Position numbers and translations under genes: made by a program
Source: an uncultured Thermoplasmatales archaeon
Lineage (GTDB): Archaea > Thermoplasmatota > E2 > UBA202 > DSCA01
DNA length: 64,000 nucleotides
Direction: 5' to 3'
Assembly: GCA_964514975.1 (NCBI GenBank)
Contig: CAZESS010000002.1
Location: forward strand, 64,001-128,000
In this document: piece by piece, positions 63,127 through 64,000 of the stretch
How positions within the stretch are numbered: the stretch's first letter is position 1
Layout: every line of letters begins with the position of its first letter
The notes under the pieces: generated by a model
Seen by the model: only the letters and a program-made list of their open reading frames with translations
What the model was told of the DNA's origin: nothing
The model's database searches: none

Positions 63127-64000
63127 TCAATCCTTGTCACGCCGATATGTGTTTTTTACTTTCCGCACACCATCGACCATGTTCTCCATCTCTCCCGATT
63201 TCCAGTATTCCTCAAATTTTTTATAGTCTGGACTCCAATATTTCTTCTTCATATCGCTAAGCCGTACTCGACCATTTTTAGATTCGAAGTAAATATTGTT
63301 TGCCACACATCCAACACAATTTTGGAAATTCGAGAGCGAGTCCGTTCCACAACAATTATGCGTGGTATTGAGTTCCGGATGGATAGGATCCCCATCAGAA
63401 CATATACTAAAACTCATATCTTGCCGTTCAACAATATCTTTTGCACGTTTATAGAAATTCAATTTATCCTTTCGGTTAAATCGATAATAATACCCTCTCT
63501 TGTACATTTTATCAAAGATATTTATTTGAAGTTTATTTTCAACCTCCTCGACCATACTTTTATTTCCCCTAAAGAATTCGATTAGCACATGCTCTGCACC
63601 ATGCTTTCTCAACATACCTATCATTTCCTCTGTCTCGTATGTGGTAACATTTGGAATTATCGGTGAAATACGACCAGCAACAAAGAACCCTCTTTCAGAT
63701 AATTTTGTTATCGTCCGAAGTCTTCTCTCTGTTGGAGGTGCCCCCTTTTCGATTTTACCTGTGGTATCTTTATCATTTGATACCACCGTAACCTGGATAT
63801 AAGACAACTCTGGATCTAAAACATCAGTATATTCCTTTTGGGCAACTAAATCGCTTTTTGTTACAATCATATGGGGATATTGATGCTCAGACAAAATCTT
63901 CAGCACCTCTAATGTTACCTTTGCCGCTCTTTCCTTCGGCTGAAAACAATCTGTGAGTCCGCCTAGCCTTACAGGGACTCGACGGCGTAATGCGTCTCTA
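63127..64000 (-). CDS. SplB/Rv2578c-like radical SAM protein (5' end beyond window), AT-rich
   Basis: GGLTDCFQPKE, IVTKS, RISPIIP, NCCG; the CxxxCxxC motif is not in the window. Confidence 0.75.
   Translation of the reverse strand, partial: RDALRRRVPVRLGGLTDCFQPKERAAKVTLEVLKILSEHQYPHMIVTKSDLVAQKEYTDVLDPELSYIQVTVVSNDKDTTGKIEKGAPPTERRLRTITKLSERGFFVAGRISPIIPNVTTYETEEMIGMLRKHGAEHVLIEFFRGNKSMVEEVENKLQINIFDKMYKRGYYYRFNRKDKLNFYKRAKDIVERQDMSFSICSDGDPIHPELNTTHNCCGTDSLSNFQNCVGCVANNIYFESKNGRVRLSDMKKKYWSPDYKKFEEYWKSGEMENMVDGVRKVKNTYRRDKD

Noticed and set aside
62935-63585. 216-aa plus-strand ORF
   Set aside because: Antisense to the radical SAM gene; no recognisable features

Overview
High-GC archaeal chromosomal window, most consistent with Thermoplasmatota. 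Evidence: an aTrm56-HD fusion, Sm-rpl37e-purF and rpoE'-spt4-DPCK-rps24e-rps27ae clusters, radA/radB, gatD and C25 gingipain-type peptidases; the taxonomy is inferred from gene content. It is mostly housekeeping and peptide/amino-acid metabolism: a group 3b [NiFe] hydrogenase operon with maturation genes, gcvPA/PB, a four-subunit proline-dehydrogenase-type complex with a class III aminotransferase, purF/purH/pyrD/folD, pyk, and translation and tRNA-modification genes. There are two canonical tRNAs: Glu-CTC with a 56-nt BHB intron, and Ser-CGA. The most striking unexplained feature is a 68-nt tRNA-like element (10739-10806, minus strand) with a perfect acceptor stem and T-arm but no canonical D/anticodon arms, and a promoter-like box upstream. 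Other items worth checking: a 1148-aa membrane-anchored protein with a cryptic C25-like His/Cys site, an archaeal M23 protein coupled to radB, a promoter-hairpin-oligoT candidate sRNA, a Zn-ribbon nucleotidyltransferase/small-ORF pair, a head-to-head junction of two 5'-truncated genes, and an AT-rich radical SAM gene at the right edge. Four genes carry frameshifts at simple repeats, probably assembly errors. No CRISPR array, rRNA or transposase was seen. All product calls come from motif recognition by eye, not database searches.
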